A stretch of DNA of 64,000 nt from Eukaryota sp. GEM-RC1 (GCA_040285855.1 JAUFOQ010000003.1:744001-808000), one strand, 5' to 3'; positions 25,284 to 38,465 are shown, counted from the first letter of the stretch. Program-made: numbers and translations. The notes: generated by a model from the letters alone, not told the origin.

Positions 25284-26126
25284 TTACAAACTTCGTACAA
25301 ACTCCGACAGATCTCGACCTTCCACCATATTCAATTCCGAATCATCACCAAAGGGCGACTCCTCTGCTGACAACACAATCAAGAACTTCTTCGATTGCTC
25401 AACAATGTATGGATCCCCACTATTCAACAGTTGTACCAAGTTCATCACTAGTTGATCGTCTCTAGCTAGAACAGGTACATTATCAGAACATTGCGCTAAG
25501 TTGTTAAGAATACACAGAATTGGAATCTGCATATCACTAAACTGAAGACATTCAGTGACCATTGACAGAAGAGGTTCAGTTCGAGCTATAATGAAGCGGT
25601 TCTTTGGATTGGAAGTGAGATACTCAATTGTTTTAAGAGCATGATCACGAATTTCGGAACTCTCGTGAACTAAGAACTCACATACGGATGAAACAAGGCC
25701 ATCTTCTCCGCATACTGCTGTCTGGTGCATTTCTAGTATAGACAAATGGTCGATGGCAGTGAGAGCGTTGAGTTGGACATCTTCAGATGAAGTTTCTAGA
25801 AGAGTTTTTGCAAGTCCAGTGAGACAAGACGGTTCCATAACAAAGTGGTGGTCAACTACTGGATGTTCCAAAATGAGATGTCTTATGATTTCTACACATA
25901 GAGCAGTAATTTCTTCAGATTCTTCAACATGTTCTAGGAGAGTGTTGCAGATAACGTCGATAAAACCATTGAATGATACTAAGTCACGTCTTTTGGGGGG
26001 TTGAATAGCAAGATTACGCAAAGCAGTAAGAGATGTGATCTTTTGTTCAGCAGAACCAGTGACGATTGTCTTGAGGTAGTGTTCTACTCTCTGTAATCCC
26101 TTGGGGGTCTGGGGAAGAGTGGTCAT
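25284..26126 (-). CDS. Armadillo-repeat protein
   Basis: Repeated ALRNLA / ALTAIDHLS / ILNNLA helical motifs. Confidence 0.75.
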   Translation of the reverse strand: MTTLPQTPKGLQRVEHYLKTIVTGSAEQKITSLTALRNLAIQPPKRRDLVSFNGFIDVICNTLLEHVEESEEITALCVEIIRHLILEHPVVDHHFVMEPSCLTGLAKTLLETSSEDVQLNALTAIDHLSILEMHQTAVCGEDGLVSSVCEFLVHESSEIRDHALKTIEYLTSNPKNRFIIARTEPLLSMVTECLQFSDMQIPILCILNNLAQCSDNVPVLARDDQLVMNLVQLLNSGDPYIVEQSKKFLIVLSAEESPFGDDSELNMVEGRDLSEFVRSL

Positions 26127-26430
26127 GGTCTGGATTTTTACAAAAACAATTATTTACATGTACATGTACAGTACTACAATGTAGTAGTTTATCAACAACA
26201 ATAGACACACAATTGTAATTGAAACAGTTGTTTTTCCCCTAGTTACAGTGACGTCTAAAAAGTTAGTAGTGTCAAGACAGTATTTACTGCTCGAGAGTAG
26301 AAACATTTGAAATAAATATTCTGTATTTAATTACAAGCTTAATGTAAAATCTAACGTTGTTGTGCGGTGTATCGATGGATACTATGGTTTTGGACTCAGT
26401 CTGTATGAGTTGGAATTTGACAATTTTTCG

Positions 26431-27609
26431 ATGTCCTCAACGGACGACTTTATACCGTTTTTGTCGGACTTTCCACTGTCACAACGGTGTATTGTTGCTG
26501 ATCTCTTTGCCCGTGTTCCTTCTTTTAGCTCGACTTTCCACAAACACAAAGGCTACTATGTTCTTGAAACTTCCACGCCAAACTCTTTCCCATATGCTCA
26601 AACAGTTTCCAAATTCTACAACTCAGTCCAACGTCTACAAAATGAACGAAAAAAGCCAAAATCCAAAGTTCGTACCCTTGGCTGGATCTTACGCATAATC
26701 AATGAGATGTACGACACCAGAGTAAACCAGTACGACAAACACCACCCTTCTGATCCACTACCTTCATTTCTTGACCATGTATACTCTTTCATAAAGACCA
26801 AGTTTGGAGTTTCAGGCCTCCTCACTAAGTTCGAGGAAGACTTCTTAAACACTCTCAAAGTCTATTCCACCTCCAACTCTGCAGTCAACCTCTTCAGATC
26901 GTTTCTTCTCTCTTCTTCCAACCAAGACACGTCTGTTCCTATCTATGGTGAAGTAGAACTCTCCCGCTTCCTCCTTGCCAGATCTCGGATCAAAAAACAC
27001 GTTAATCCTCCTCGAACCGTCAATAAACGTAGCTCCCTCCCTCATCACATTGACTGCGGTCTTTCCCGTCTTCCTCCTTCTCTATGCTCCAACTCAGATC
27101 CTTCCCTGCTTATACCCACAAACTCTCTAAAGAGGGTTGCCTTCGTGATTGGAAAAGAGTTTGGCCATTTGTTTGTAAATGAGTTTGTTAAAAGATGTGT
27201 TCCTCTATGTACTAGTGATGGGATATCTAGTGACGTGTTTTTAAAAATATATGTAGAGTGTTTGGTGGATTTTACAAATGTGGAAAAAGATGAGTCTGAC
27301 CTCGATATTGAGGATTTTTCTACTCAAGAATCACTATCAGGTGATGATTCCAATCAATTCTCAATCACACCTCTTGATATTGACCTAGCCAACAATTCTT
27401 CAGTCTCAATTGAAGATCTTTTATCAGTTGATATCTCCCCAATGTCCAAAAACAGTAGCATTGACGAACATGAAAGTCTGCAAGATTACATGGTTCGATC
27501 AGTCAACTTAGCTCTACAATCACCGAAACTAAGCTCGATTGATGGGGAAGTATCGGAAGGGGATTTGATTTATGAGTATGAAGAAGATAGTGAATCTGAT
27601 AGTGAGTAG
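26431..27609 (+). CDS. Hypothetical protein with acidic C-terminus
   Basis: Long ORF; the segment RTLGWILRIINEMY...FIKTKFGVSGL...VNLFRSFL is reminiscent of TSNAXIP1-like proteins (unverified). Confidence 0.65.
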   Translation: MSSTDDFIPFLSDFPLSQRCIVADLFARVPSFSSTFHKHKGYYVLETSTPNSFPYAQTVSKFYNSVQRLQNERKKPKSKVRTLGWILRIINEMYDTRVNQYDKHHPSDPLPSFLDHVYSFIKTKFGVSGLLTKFEEDFLNTLKVYSTSNSAVNLFRSFLLSSSNQDTSVPIYGEVELSRFLLARSRIKKHVNPPRTVNKRSSLPHHIDCGLSRLPPSLCSNSDPSLLIPTNSLKRVAFVIGKEFGHLFVNEFVKRCVPLCTSDGISSDVFLKIYVECLVDFTNVEKDESDLDIEDFSTQESLSGDDSNQFSITPLDIDLANNSSVSIEDLLSVDISPMSKNSSIDEHESLQDYMVRSVNLALQSPKLSSIDGEVSEGDLIYEYEEDSESDSE

Positions 27610-27728
27610 GGAAAAAATGAAAATTTAATTATTTAGAGTTTTTTGAAATGATGGTTGTATTATACAAGAAATAGGAATTGATTTTGATCAAAATAGCAAA
27701 ACAGTCATAATAAATTCAAATTTGTAAA

Positions 27729-29066
27729 TTATCCCATTTTTTTAAATATCTCTTCTAAAGACTGCTGACTTTTAGCTATTCCCAATGACAACTTCAATGC
27801 TTTTCTATTAATACTCTTGTCTGGAGATCTCAGCGCCATATCATAAGTATTCTGAAGTATTGGTACGGCTTTCGAATACGATTCGCCTCGAGTTAACAAA
27901 AACGCGGTCAATTCTGAAACTTTCACTTTCAGTTCATCAGAATCACCACAGAAAAGCTCAGCCTTTTTAATCGCTGAGGAAATCTCATCTGCATTGGCTT
28001 CCATGTCAGTCGCAAGATACTTAACAATAGTACAACAAGCTAAAACGACAAGATCTGGGTCGGCACTTACCGAGTCAATAGCAGAATAACAACAAGAAAC
28101 TGCTTCAAACAGGTCAGAATGAGAAAGAGATCGAGCTAGATTGATGTAGGAAATGAACTTGGATTGATTGTCGTTGAATTCTTGGAATTCTGAATTGATT
28201 CTGGTGGTTAATGAGAGGGCCTTTCTGTTTAATGAAATAATTTCGGATAATAATTCGTCATTTTTTGGAAAATTAGGGTCTAAAGAAAGAAAATTCCCTG
28301 CTTCAATGAACAAATCCCGAATATTTTGAAGAACTTCTTCTTGAGGAACATTACGGAAAGGCTCAATTACCTTGATTTTTGAGCTACTAATCACGTTTCC
28401 ACTGTTATAAATGATCTCTAACCCAAGATCTCCTAAACTTACTGCTGTTCTATATAGAGAGCTACACTCCAAATAAGCATCAGAGCTAACCAACGACTGA
28501 ACGCTGGCAGCAGAGGGAGGGTCAAGGGCATCAGGAGCCACACAAGAGACGTCAAAGCAATAGAAAGGGTTTGATAGAATGTGGTGAATAAATGAAGTGT
28601 AGACAGAGATTCCATATGAGGCAAGAAACAATAAGGAGTGACTGTCATTGCTTGATTCAGCAACAGATACAGATCGTTCAATCATTTTGATTGCCAAGGG
28701 ATAGCTCTGCCCTTCAGTTAAGATGGTAGACGCAGAAAGAGAGTGTGAGTAGAGAGAGGTGAGGCTAGATTGATCTAGAGCTGATTCAGCTTCAGTTAAA
28801 TGAAGACTAAGGGACGATAGAGACGTGATATCGGAAATGAGAGGAGAATGATCATTACGGGAAGAAAGTGCAGCTAGTGGAAGTGAGCAGGGAGCCTCAG
28901 GATGTAGTAATAAGAAAAGATCAGTAAATGAGTCAATATGTCCGGATGAAAGAGCATTGCAGCAGATGTTTTGAAGTTCAGATACTAAAGAGTCTTCAGA
29001 TTGTTGTTTGTGTGCATCTTTAGGTATAGAAACAGATGGAAGAATAGATGCGGGATCAACGGTCAT
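27729..29066 (-). CDS. TPR protein, TTC29-like (flagellar)
   Basis: N-terminal QNICCNALSSGHIDSFTDLFLL and C-terminal LSLGIAK resemble TTC29 motifs. Confidence 0.55.
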   Translation of the reverse strand: MTVDPASILPSVSIPKDAHKQQSEDSLVSELQNICCNALSSGHIDSFTDLFLLLHPEAPCSLPLAALSSRNDHSPLISDITSLSSLSLHLTEAESALDQSSLTSLYSHSLSASTILTEGQSYPLAIKMIERSVSVAESSNDSHSLLFLASYGISVYTSFIHHILSNPFYCFDVSCVAPDALDPPSAASVQSLVSSDAYLECSSLYRTAVSLGDLGLEIIYNSGNVISSSKIKVIEPFRNVPQEEVLQNIRDLFIEAGNFLSLDPNFPKNDELLSEIISLNRKALSLTTRINSEFQEFNDNQSKFISYINLARSLSHSDLFEAVSCCYSAIDSVSADPDLVVLACCTIVKYLATDMEANADEISSAIKKAELFCGDSDELKVKVSELTAFLLTRGESYSKAVPILQNTYDMALRSPDKSINRKALKLSLGIAKSQQSLEEIFKKMG

Positions 29067-29123
29067 GAATAACTGTACTAGTAGTATCTGAGTTCAGAAT
29101 TTATTTTGTTTTGATGTTCCTTA

Positions 29124-32100
29124 ATGCTCACTGCCTACCTATTTCTCATCATACTTATTCCCATCTCACTGGGATCTACCGTTATACCTTCTGATGATTG
29201 TTCAGACTTAGAAATATTTGATTCTACCCTTTTTACATGTTCTTCTTGTCCTGAAAACTCACATTCACTAAACAATGCATGTATATGTGATCCTTCTTTT
29301 GTTACCATCCACAATCCTGATGGCACACTCAGTTGTGAACACTGCTCTGAACCAAATACGTCACCAACTCCAAGTGGTGACTGTTTATACTGTGATGCTG
29401 AGTTTGACCCTGATACGTCAGCATGTTCTTGTCCTTTTCTCACTCAATACCTCACAAACAATGGCACTTCTTTAATTTGTTCTGATTGTCCTCCAGATAC
29501 AGCTAGAGCAGCTGATTCCCCTTCTTTCTCCACTTGTCTTCCCTGCACTTCTCTAGGTGGAGGGTTAGGAATCATTAACAACCAATGCCAATGTCCTGAT
29601 ACTGATATCTACGCTTTCGGTGCCTGTATAACCCAAGACGAACTCTCCTCAACTTCTCAACGCTTCCCCTCCTTCACCCGGGTCTCCTTCCACGATACCC
29701 CCCACAAAGACGTTCAATCTCATGTCCTCTCCACACTCTTCCGTCCAGCCTTCATCCGCTGTCAGGCATGGCATTCTTCAATGTCCAGTTTGATTGGGAA
29801 AGTGTCCTTAGAAGGACGTAAGGCTTGTCAGGTGTTGTCCAATCTATGTGCTCTGACTGGGTATGACCTGGATTCTGCTCCCTGTGAGGCAATCACTTAC
29901 CTATCACGCGATCTCTTGCCAGGCAATCACGGTCAGAATGATTGGCGTCAAGGTTTCCCATTCTTTTCCTACGCTGACGCTGCTCAAGCAGTTAGAGTAT
30001 CAACAATATACCCTTTTTAACCAAAGAAGACGGTATCCAACTAGTAGTAGCTTTGTACACTCTAGAGGGAGACTTTCTAGGCTTCTCTAATTCAAAAGTC
30101 TTATCCCCTTGTATTATTACAGAGTCTGTTTCATCAGTTTTACAGGGATTAAATGTTCACGAAGTGTTTGGGTCATCAACACGTGCCGAGTGTAGGATTA
30201 ATTTAGGTGATTTGATTGACAATGGTGATGTGACACCTGCATTTGCTGAGATTTATCTCAAGGACGAGGAAGGTTTGATTCCAGTGGCAGTCAGAGTAAC
30301 GTCAGCAATTGAAAATGATGTCAAAGTTGCTGCTTACGACTCTGATGACGTTCCAGGTCAAACTCTTTCCGGTACTTATGATCCTGCAAACATTAATCCC
30401 GATCTCTTTCTTGTTCGACGTTTCTGTCTGTGGGATTCCATCTCCTCCAGACCTTCAGCTACTTCCTTACCTCTAGCAGTTAGAGTTATTGAAAGGATGC
30501 ACTTACTGTATAGATTTCAATCTGAGTCAAAGTCAGTGAGACTTCTCCCACCAATAATGTCACTAGTATATAAGGAAGTTTCCACAACGAGGTTTGCTGA
30601 GTCTGTTTCTTCACTTTCCCGATACAACATCAGTAAGAGCTCATTCCGACCCCCAGTCTCGGTGATTCATGGTGACTCATCAGAAGCTCAATTTCCTTCA
30701 GTTTCCTTTGAGAGTGAGTTCGTAGCAGAGTCTTTGGACTTCTTGGGATATTTACGTGGTTTTATTTGGTTCATTGCAGCTCTTTGCATTGTTCGATGGT
30801 TTACTGATATGTATTCTTTCAACAAACGTCATCCTTCTGGGAATTATTCAATCTTGTCAATGATATTTCATGGAATGAGCTCGCTTTGTTTGTACATTAA
30901 TAACTATTTTGGTTTGTTTTTGATTGGTTTAGCTCTATTTGTCGTGATTATTTTCAAATATCAAGGCACTGCAGTGTTTTTACTACCTTCCGACACGTCC
31001 ATTGCTTTTATTACCCCGTTTGTTACTCTCTGTACATTGGCTTCTTTCATGAGACTGTTTTTATTAGGAATTTCCTTCAGTTTTAGTGACGTTTTCGTGA
31101 TTGACTGGGAGCAATCAGGTGAGGATCAAAGCTCAAAAATCAGTTGTTGGAGGTCTGTCTACGTGGCTAAAATATGGTCTAACCTTCAATCAAAACGAAA
31201 GTTTTCACCAGTGTTTCTATGTATTTGCTTCCTGTTACTACACATGTACCTGGATTTAGAATCATTAATGACCGCTGCATTTGATCTAATCAGCGACGAT
31301 TATCTAATTCAATCACAAATTCTAAAATTAGGAACAATTTCATTTAATTATTTAATTGCATGTAGTATGATTGCGCTCATCAATTTTCCTTTTGATCGTT
31401 GGATCGTCCAATCACCAATCAACCGTTTCCTTGATCTCTTACCTCTCACCAACACATCTCTCTTAGTTCTAGACGAACCTTTCTGTGGCGTTTACCTCCA
31501 TGGAAGGTCCATTGCTGGCAAGAGTGACGTTCCTGCCTCCTCGATTGCATCTTTCCTTTCTGCTGAATCAAGAGGTGCTCTACCTGCCAGAGGTTTATCA
31601 ACAGGGATTACAGAAAAGACAACTAGTGACGTTGAAGGTCAAGTGTTTGAAGTGTTTTTAAATGGAACTGATCGGGCTTCTTTTGATAGACTATGGGCTA
31701 ACATTGCTAGAGCTCGTACTAGAGCTTTAAAACAGCGAAGTTCGTTATTAAAGAATGACCGGTCAGTTCGAGAAGCAACCACTTTTGAGCGATTGGGACA
31801 GGCGTTTACCAAAAGCAATCAATTTATGATTAATTGGGTTGATCAGATTGTGACAGGCAATCATATCGCATCACAGTCACTGATTGAGAAGTGGCTACGA
31901 CTTCCACCTCCTCTTTTTGGAAACTCTTTACTAGGAAAATCAAATGAGAGTTCTTTAAAGAAACGCACGTTATATGGTAGCTCGATTGATTTCGGTATTG
32001 CTGAAGTTTTTGCAATATTTTGGACAACTTCCTTTTTTGGTTTCTATCCTGCAGTTTTGTTTTCATTTGCTTTCTCAGTCACTGTCCAAAAGATTCGTCA

Positions 32101-32164
32101 GTTTTTGTCTATAGTTTCAATCGCGAGTCATACGTTACCAATTAGTGATTTAGTATCGGCCTAA
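29124..32164 (+). CDS. TMEM67: Meckelin (TMEM67/MKS3), frameshift near 30015
   Basis: Signal peptide, Cys-rich repeats, ACQVLSNLC, LVRRFCLWD, DVFVIDWE, SCWRSVYVAKIW, GVYLHGRS, RGL. Confidence 0.92.
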
Positions 32165-32328
32165 TTTATTTAAATTATTTGACACCAGAAATATTTAAAG
32201 TATTCTGGGAAATTGTATAATATTGTAATAAAATCTAGCGAATTTTGTTTTAATAATTTCATCAAGAATTCCTAGGCGAATTCAAAACTGGGAAAAAATA
32301 TAAAAGTCCACAAAACAAAAATAAAATA

Positions 32329-35300
32329 TTAGTGACTTTGTCCATCATCAGATTTTTGTTCCGCCATTCCCTGTTTAAAACAATCAAAAATAACATGCTG
32401 ATCTGAACTTGATTGGAATCGTTGACCTTTGAGACTTGCAGGAGTACCATAACCATATAATCGTAACCACAGACAATGAAGAAGGTGACGAATTTCCTGA
32501 TCCAGCACATACAAAGGTGACGTTAACAACTTCCATAGCGTTGCAGGAAATTCTTTTAAAAGAGGAACTTGAGAGTTTACCAGTCTAAATACCGAAAATG
32601 CATCATTATAGGCAGGCGCACGTGTACGAGTGTAACTTTGAGCTGATTTCGGGTAGGGATCATCGACATCACTAGGCAGATACTCAACTTTTGGAGCCAA
32701 GAACAAAGTGCCTAGACATTGCTTACCAAAGGCCATGTCAGCATCAGAAACACCTAAAGATACAACAAAGGGAACAATGTTAAAGGGGTGGAGGAGTTGT
32801 TTGGTTGAAGGGGAATCGATGTTAAAAGGAGGTGATGAAGGAATGGAAAATACAAAATGAGACAAAATCACCAGGGATTTCACCGCAATCAAGCGATGAC
32901 TTCGTGCGACTTCTTGTGATTGCGCTAGAGTGAAAAGAACCATTAAGAAGCGGTTTGTCAACTGTAGAAACCCACGTGTTGTTAGAAAAACACGTGTGCT
33001 GATGACAGTCACTGATAATATTTGATTGAACGACGGCAGAATAGCTTCCGATTCCAACACTCGGTCAAGAGCTTCATTGAGTAGTATTGCTTGCATTTCA
33101 GAAGTCACGTGATTCCTAGCTGTGATTATAGCCTGAGAAATGAAATGAGTGCTATCAGCAGCTGAGATATCATCAACATAACGAGTTATGATCGACAAAC
33201 ACAGCTCAAAAATAGAATTATTTGGAAATTTCACTAAATTCAACGCCTTTAACAAATCAACAAAATAATCAACAAAGTCAACCTCATTTGGAGCCGGTAA
33301 TTGCACAGGAAAACCACCAGAATCTAACAAAACTTCATTAACAATCTTTAACAACATCTCATGAGCAAACGAAATCGTCAGCATTCCCAAACACCTAACT
33401 GCCGCTCTTTTTGCCGGGAATGGAACGTTTTCCTTAGCCACCATGGACACGGTCCACACCGCATTGACATCATTCCTAAGTAGATAACCATCAATTGAGC
33501 AAACAAGGTTGTACATGTTTCTACTAGTCATTGAAGTTCTCAAAAGGGAAGCCCACATGTAGGAATGTTGGGAGATGTAAACGTACCCAGGTACTTCTGA
33601 TTTACCATCACAGACAATCGAAATGACTGGAGTCTTTGGGGTAACTTCAATCAGCTGCCCAGAATCATTAAATATCTTTCGTTTTCTCGGCCTCCTATTT
33701 CTAGTTTTGGCTTTGATCTCGTAAAAGTTCATTCTTGACCCCAGAGTGATCCCGTCATCGATATCCCAAGGAACCGCAATGACTTCTTCAAAAGCCCCTT
33801 CAGGTTCATCAATAACCACGGACAAAGGACCATTGAAAGGAAGAATTCCAAAGGGAAGTGACTGTTTAAACGCGAGTTCCGTAAGAATTCTTCGTCTGTT
33901 ATACCAAAATTTAAAATGTAACAGCGACATTCCCTGTGTGTAAACCCAATGATTTAAAAAAGAAGGAACATCAGTATTAGTATTCAATCGAAGAAGAGAA
34001 TCTAATTCACTTTCTGAAATTGAACCTTTAAATTTGGTTTCCATGAATACTGGGTGGTAGGGAACGATTTCTTTTGATTGTTGTTGATGCCAGTCGGTGA
34101 CGTCATCGATTGCTTCGTTTAGGAAGGAGGTGAATAATCGGAAAATGATTTCCGAGCCTACGTTTCGTGCGAGATAATTAGCTACAACAATGAACTTGAA
34201 GCGATGGAATAATGAATCACGAGCGCAATAGAGCTCGTACCTTCCTAAAATGGGGAACTCCTTAATCGCTGTTGATTGCAGAGGGTCAAACTCAACACGA
34301 TGATACTTGTCTGATGGCGGTGCTAAAGAGCTCTGGATTGGTGATTTGTCTAATTTGTAGACAAACTTCTTTAGTATAGAAAAGAAATAAACAAATTCCA
34401 TTTCTCCAATAAACTCACAGAAAAGCTCATTAAATAAGCATGACGCGACAAACTTCGACGTCCACCTATCTGGAGAAGCTAAAGTCGAACAGAAAGTCTC
34501 AAAAATACACGTTAACAGAGAAAGAAAGATTAAAGCCAAATCAAGGGTCTGATTGGAGGTCAGAGATGGCGATTTTAGGAAGGAAAGAGGTAAAACAATC
34601 AAACCTGACCCTGAGACGAAATGAGAGTCAATTGAAGGGTCAAAAACGATTTTGATTTTAGAAAGATACTTTGAGCGAGTGAGATGATTGTATATCAACG
34701 TCATCATGTCATTGATTTTGACCCTCATATGATTAAGTGATTGTACTGTAGATTTTGACGACAAAGACGTAGTAAGTCCAGAAAAGGAAAGAGTTGACTC
34801 TTGATTGAGTGAATACAGATCAATCAAATCTGATTCCCCATCACTCTGAGTAAAATATTTCCCAACAAACAGCCCAATACTACTACAAGTAGTTGGTATC
34901 GACACTTTTGAACTATATAACCTCATTTGATCTCTAATCTCGTTTCCCATCACGTCACCAGAAGAGATCACGTCATAATCCTTATCACACGTCACTTCTA
35001 TTGTCCACAAAGGTTTCACACTATCATGATCAATTGAAGGAACCCACTGTCGTCCACAGAAGCTGTTGCAGCCTCTGGGAAGAGAGAAGAAGTGGTTGTC
35101 GTAGAACAACGAAGGGTTGAAGGGGAGATTAAATGATAGAGAAATGGTAAATGAATTAAAGTTGATTTTTTTAATTTTTTTTAGCTGTTGGTGCTTTTCT
35201 TTTTCTTGGAAAGCTTTAAAGTAAAGACGTTCTTCTTAAGTAGAGATCTAAAAGAGAATTGTTCAGGCGGTGGGAGGTAAACCACAAGTTCCGGAGTAAC

Positions 35301-35624
35301 AGTATCATGATACACTGCAGAAGAAATTATCTTAGAGAGGGTATTGAAGTCACGATAGCTGTCGTACTGAGGATCGGCAGCTTCTACTAGAGTTCGAGGT
35401 TGGATTTGAAGGAAAGAACAAGGAATATCATTGATTGAAGCTTGTGTGATTTCAATCTGTTGAGCATTTAGGAAGAGAGAGGGTTTATCGTTGTAGATGT
35501 CAGGATCAGGAGAACAAGGGACAGCTGTTATGGTGGTGGATCCTGTGAGTTGCTTGCCTTTAACGTCAACATGTAGAGAAATATGTTGATGAGATATAAG
35601 AAAAGGAGGGGCAGAGGCACTCAT
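32329..35624 (-). CDS. TAF2: TFIID subunit 2 (M1-aminopeptidase fold), frameshift near 35180-35240
   Basis: ISHQHISLHVD, LNAQQIEI, WVPSID...WTIEVT, FLNHWVYTQG..F.F.YNRRR, LPSFNQILSVT. Confidence 0.88.
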
Positions 35625-36077
35625 AGTGAGAAGATCTTATTAAGAAACAATTGAAGAGGAAAAGAAAATCAATTACAATTTAATTTGTAATTTGTTTTAT
35701 CTACTAGTATTTGATAAGAAAAGCTATTCATGTAGTTGTTTCTCTCTTCCTACCTTTGAACACGTACAAGTCAATTAAATGAATTATTGTCAGATTATTA
35801 GCATTCGGTCTCCATTGATCATACGAATTCTTTTCAAACCTTCTTTTTGTGTTTTTCAGTTATGAACTTGTTTCTAATTTAGACAGAATAGTAAATTGCG
35901 AAACAAAGTCTTAATTCCAGTTCACATGTCACTGTCACGACAAATTCTTCGAACGCCAACATCTATTAGTGAAAAAGGTTGACAAATATGAACATCAAGT
36001 TAACTCGAAACAACAGCGTTTCTCGAATTCTGCTGTGACAGCGCATGTCTTGATTATGACTATAATTTATGAGACTA

Positions 36078-36107
36078 CTGAGGAGTAATTTCGAAATTAC
36101 TCCTCAG
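36078..36107. promoter_or_regulatory. Perfect 30-bp palindrome in the TAF2/PRP40 divergent intergenic region
   Basis: CTGAGGAGTAATTTC|GAAATTACTCCTCAG is directly visible; a regulatory role is only inferred. Confidence 0.45.
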
Positions 36108-36163
36108 CCTAGGCTCTTTGTTTGTTTGACAATCCTCAAAACTCCTAATTTCCTTATCAATTA

Positions 36164-37684
36164 ATGAGTACAACCATCTGGAAACAAGCCTCAACTGACG
36201 ATGGTAGAGTCTACTTTTACAATCCTTCTACTCGTGAAACCACCTGGAGTCTTCCCTGTGACTGGAAAGAAGTTCACGACCAACATGGACGTTCCTACTT
36301 CTACAATGTTAAATCCTTAAAGTCTACTTGGACCCCTCCTCCTTCTTATGTTGCGGCTCTACCTCCTGTTACAGTTTCAACACACTCCACAAACAGTCCG
36401 TCCTCTACAATTAAGGTCGATCCTGTTGTCCGTCCAGCACGACCTCTGGAACTTTCTGCTGTTGAGGCTATTCTTGCTACTCATAAGAAAAGCTCTGAGT
36501 ATGAGAATCCCTCGGAAGGAACAAAAGCTTTCAACAAAATGCTGTCTGATCATGGTGTTGGCAGTACATGGTCTCTTCGGCAAGTTATGCGTGCGTGCGC
36601 AAGAGACGAAAGATGGTCGGCAGTTGATCGGTTTACTATCAAGAAACAACTAGTCACAAAGTACCAGAAACAGCGAACTGTTGAGGAGGAACAACATCAA
36701 TATGATATCGAAAGACATGAATGTCAGTCTTTCAGAGACATTCTTGACCGATTAACACAGCAAGGGGTTTTGAATCAGGAGTTTATGACCAATTTCTACA
36801 CTAGAACCAGGGCTAAAGACCTCGCTGAACAAATCATATACAATATATTCTCTGTAGTTGATAAGACACAATTCTCACATGTTCCACACACTAGATTAGT
36901 TCAAGTAGTTTATGATCATTGTGAAAAGGTGCTGAGGTTGTCAAGGAAAGATGACTATCGAAATCGAAAAGAGAAGGAGGACAAGATGCTGTCAGCTTTG
37001 AAGAACAACTCAGCTGTTCGTCATAATTATTCGTGGAAGCATTGTTCTGATATAGTAATTAGAATGGCGAAACAGTTCAAGCTTTCTACGGAGTCCATGA
37101 TTAATGTGTGGAAGCGACTTGTTGATGACTTCGTTCGTGCTGAGATTAACCAACGACAACGTCAGTTTCAAGCTGAAATCATGGAATCTCGTAGAATCCG
37201 ACAGCAATTCCGTCTGTTCTTAGACCAATGTGCTAAGAAAGGTTTGATTCATTTGGGGATGAAATTCGAGGACTTATGTAAACACGCTGATGTATTCAAT
37301 GCGAAACCTTTCTACGAAATGAGCAAGGCTGTGTATGGTAGTCCTGCTGTTGATCTGTTTAGAGACTATTTATCTAGATGTGAAGAGCGAGCAGGTCTGA
37401 ACACTACTCGTCTTCATCGTCTTGGTGTGATTGAAAGTTCGTGGTTAACACAGGGGTGTGGAAATTTTATTGCTTTCAAGGATAATATCAAGCAGTCCAA
37501 AAGTCACTTCGTGTCGTCCTTGCAACCACATGAAATCACTTTTGTATTTGAATATATCAATAGAGTGGCATTATCAGAAGGGCAGACTGAGATTGTCGGA
37601 GAATCAGTTAAGAGTTACATGCTGGAGGAAGGCGAAATAGACGACGAAGAACCGGATGCTAAGAAGATGCGCGTTGTGGAATAA
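36164..37684 (+). CDS. PRP40: Pre-mRNA processing factor 40 (WW-WW-FF domains)
   Basis: Two N-terminal WW domains, FF-like AFNKMLSDHGVGSTWS and GSPAVDLF, and C-terminal LEEGEI. Confidence 0.88.
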   Translation: MSTTIWKQASTDDGRVYFYNPSTRETTWSLPCDWKEVHDQHGRSYFYNVKSLKSTWTPPPSYVAALPPVTVSTHSTNSPSSTIKVDPVVRPARPLELSAVEAILATHKKSSEYENPSEGTKAFNKMLSDHGVGSTWSLRQVMRACARDERWSAVDRFTIKKQLVTKYQKQRTVEEEQHQYDIERHECQSFRDILDRLTQQGVLNQEFMTNFYTRTRAKDLAEQIIYNIFSVVDKTQFSHVPHTRLVQVVYDHCEKVLRLSRKDDYRNRKEKEDKMLSALKNNSAVRHNYSWKHCSDIVIRMAKQFKLSTESMINVWKRLVDDFVRAEINQRQRQFQAEIMESRRIRQQFRLFLDQCAKKGLIHLGMKFEDLCKHADVFNAKPFYEMSKAVYGSPAVDLFRDYLSRCEERAGLNTTRLHRLGVIESSWLTQGCGNFIAFKDNIKQSKSHFVSSLQPHEITFVFEYINRVALSEGQTEIVGESVKSYMLEEGEIDDEEPDAKKMRVVE

Positions 37685-37704
37685 ATGATGATTGACAAAG
37701 AATT

Positions 37705-37917
37705 TTACGAGGACCTCTTTTTCGATGGAGCGGGGGATTTAGTAGTCTTGCGCTTGAGCTTAGAAGCAGTGTGGAGTTTGGATAGAGTCATAAAATACTT
37801 CTTGATGTAATCCTTCTCGGGAAAGATCATAACGGTGTCTGATGAGTCAATATGACAGCAGTGAGTCGTAAGCGGACTAGAATCAACTCCAATAGGAACC
37901 ACTTTTGTTAAGTCCAT
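37705..37917 (-). CDS. Small basic hypothetical protein
   Basis: 70-aa ORF tightly convergent with PRP40; no recognised motif. Confidence 0.35.
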   Translation of the reverse strand: MDLTKVVPIGVDSSPLTTHCCHIDSSDTVMIFPEKDYIKKYFMTLSKLHTASKLKRKTTKSPAPSKKRSS

Positions 37918-38309
37918 AGATAAGATAGTTGATTATGATGATGTTAAGATGAAGAGGAATCTTGCAATAGTTTGTTAAAATGTGAGATTCCATCACAGCT
38001 TCATTGTTCATGGACTGTACTTATACACACTTTTGAGTAGGTTAACGTTTGCACTGTTTCGTTCCATGTACAGATAATTTAATTCAATTTTAGGTTAGTT
38101 GTTCGGTGAAGGACAGAAAGATCATAGTTCTGAGTCTTTAGTTAGTTTCTGTTAGTTATTTAATCTGTGCAAATGACAATACAATACAGTATTCTACTGC
38201 ATTGATCATAAACCCCCTTTTTACTATTACCATTACTATTACAATGTAATTTTATGTTATAAATTAACGAAATACAAACAACTAGTACTTAAAAGATATT
38301 AAATGATCC

Positions 38310-38465
38310 ACATCTACTCTTGAACACCACGATACAATTTGTCCAGAATACGATTCAAATACTTTGGGAAACTTCTATATAAGGAAAAAACAATGCGATT
38401 GCGCCAAAGAGACTGATTAAAATTTTTCCTATGGCCACGGCACAACTTTGAAAAGGCATTAAAGA
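38310..38465 (-). mobile_element. Short 3' remnant of the RLE non-LTR family
   Basis: Minus strand reads FNAFSKLCRGHRKNFNQSLWRNRIVFSLYRSFPKYLNRILDKLYRGVQE*. Confidence 0.72.
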
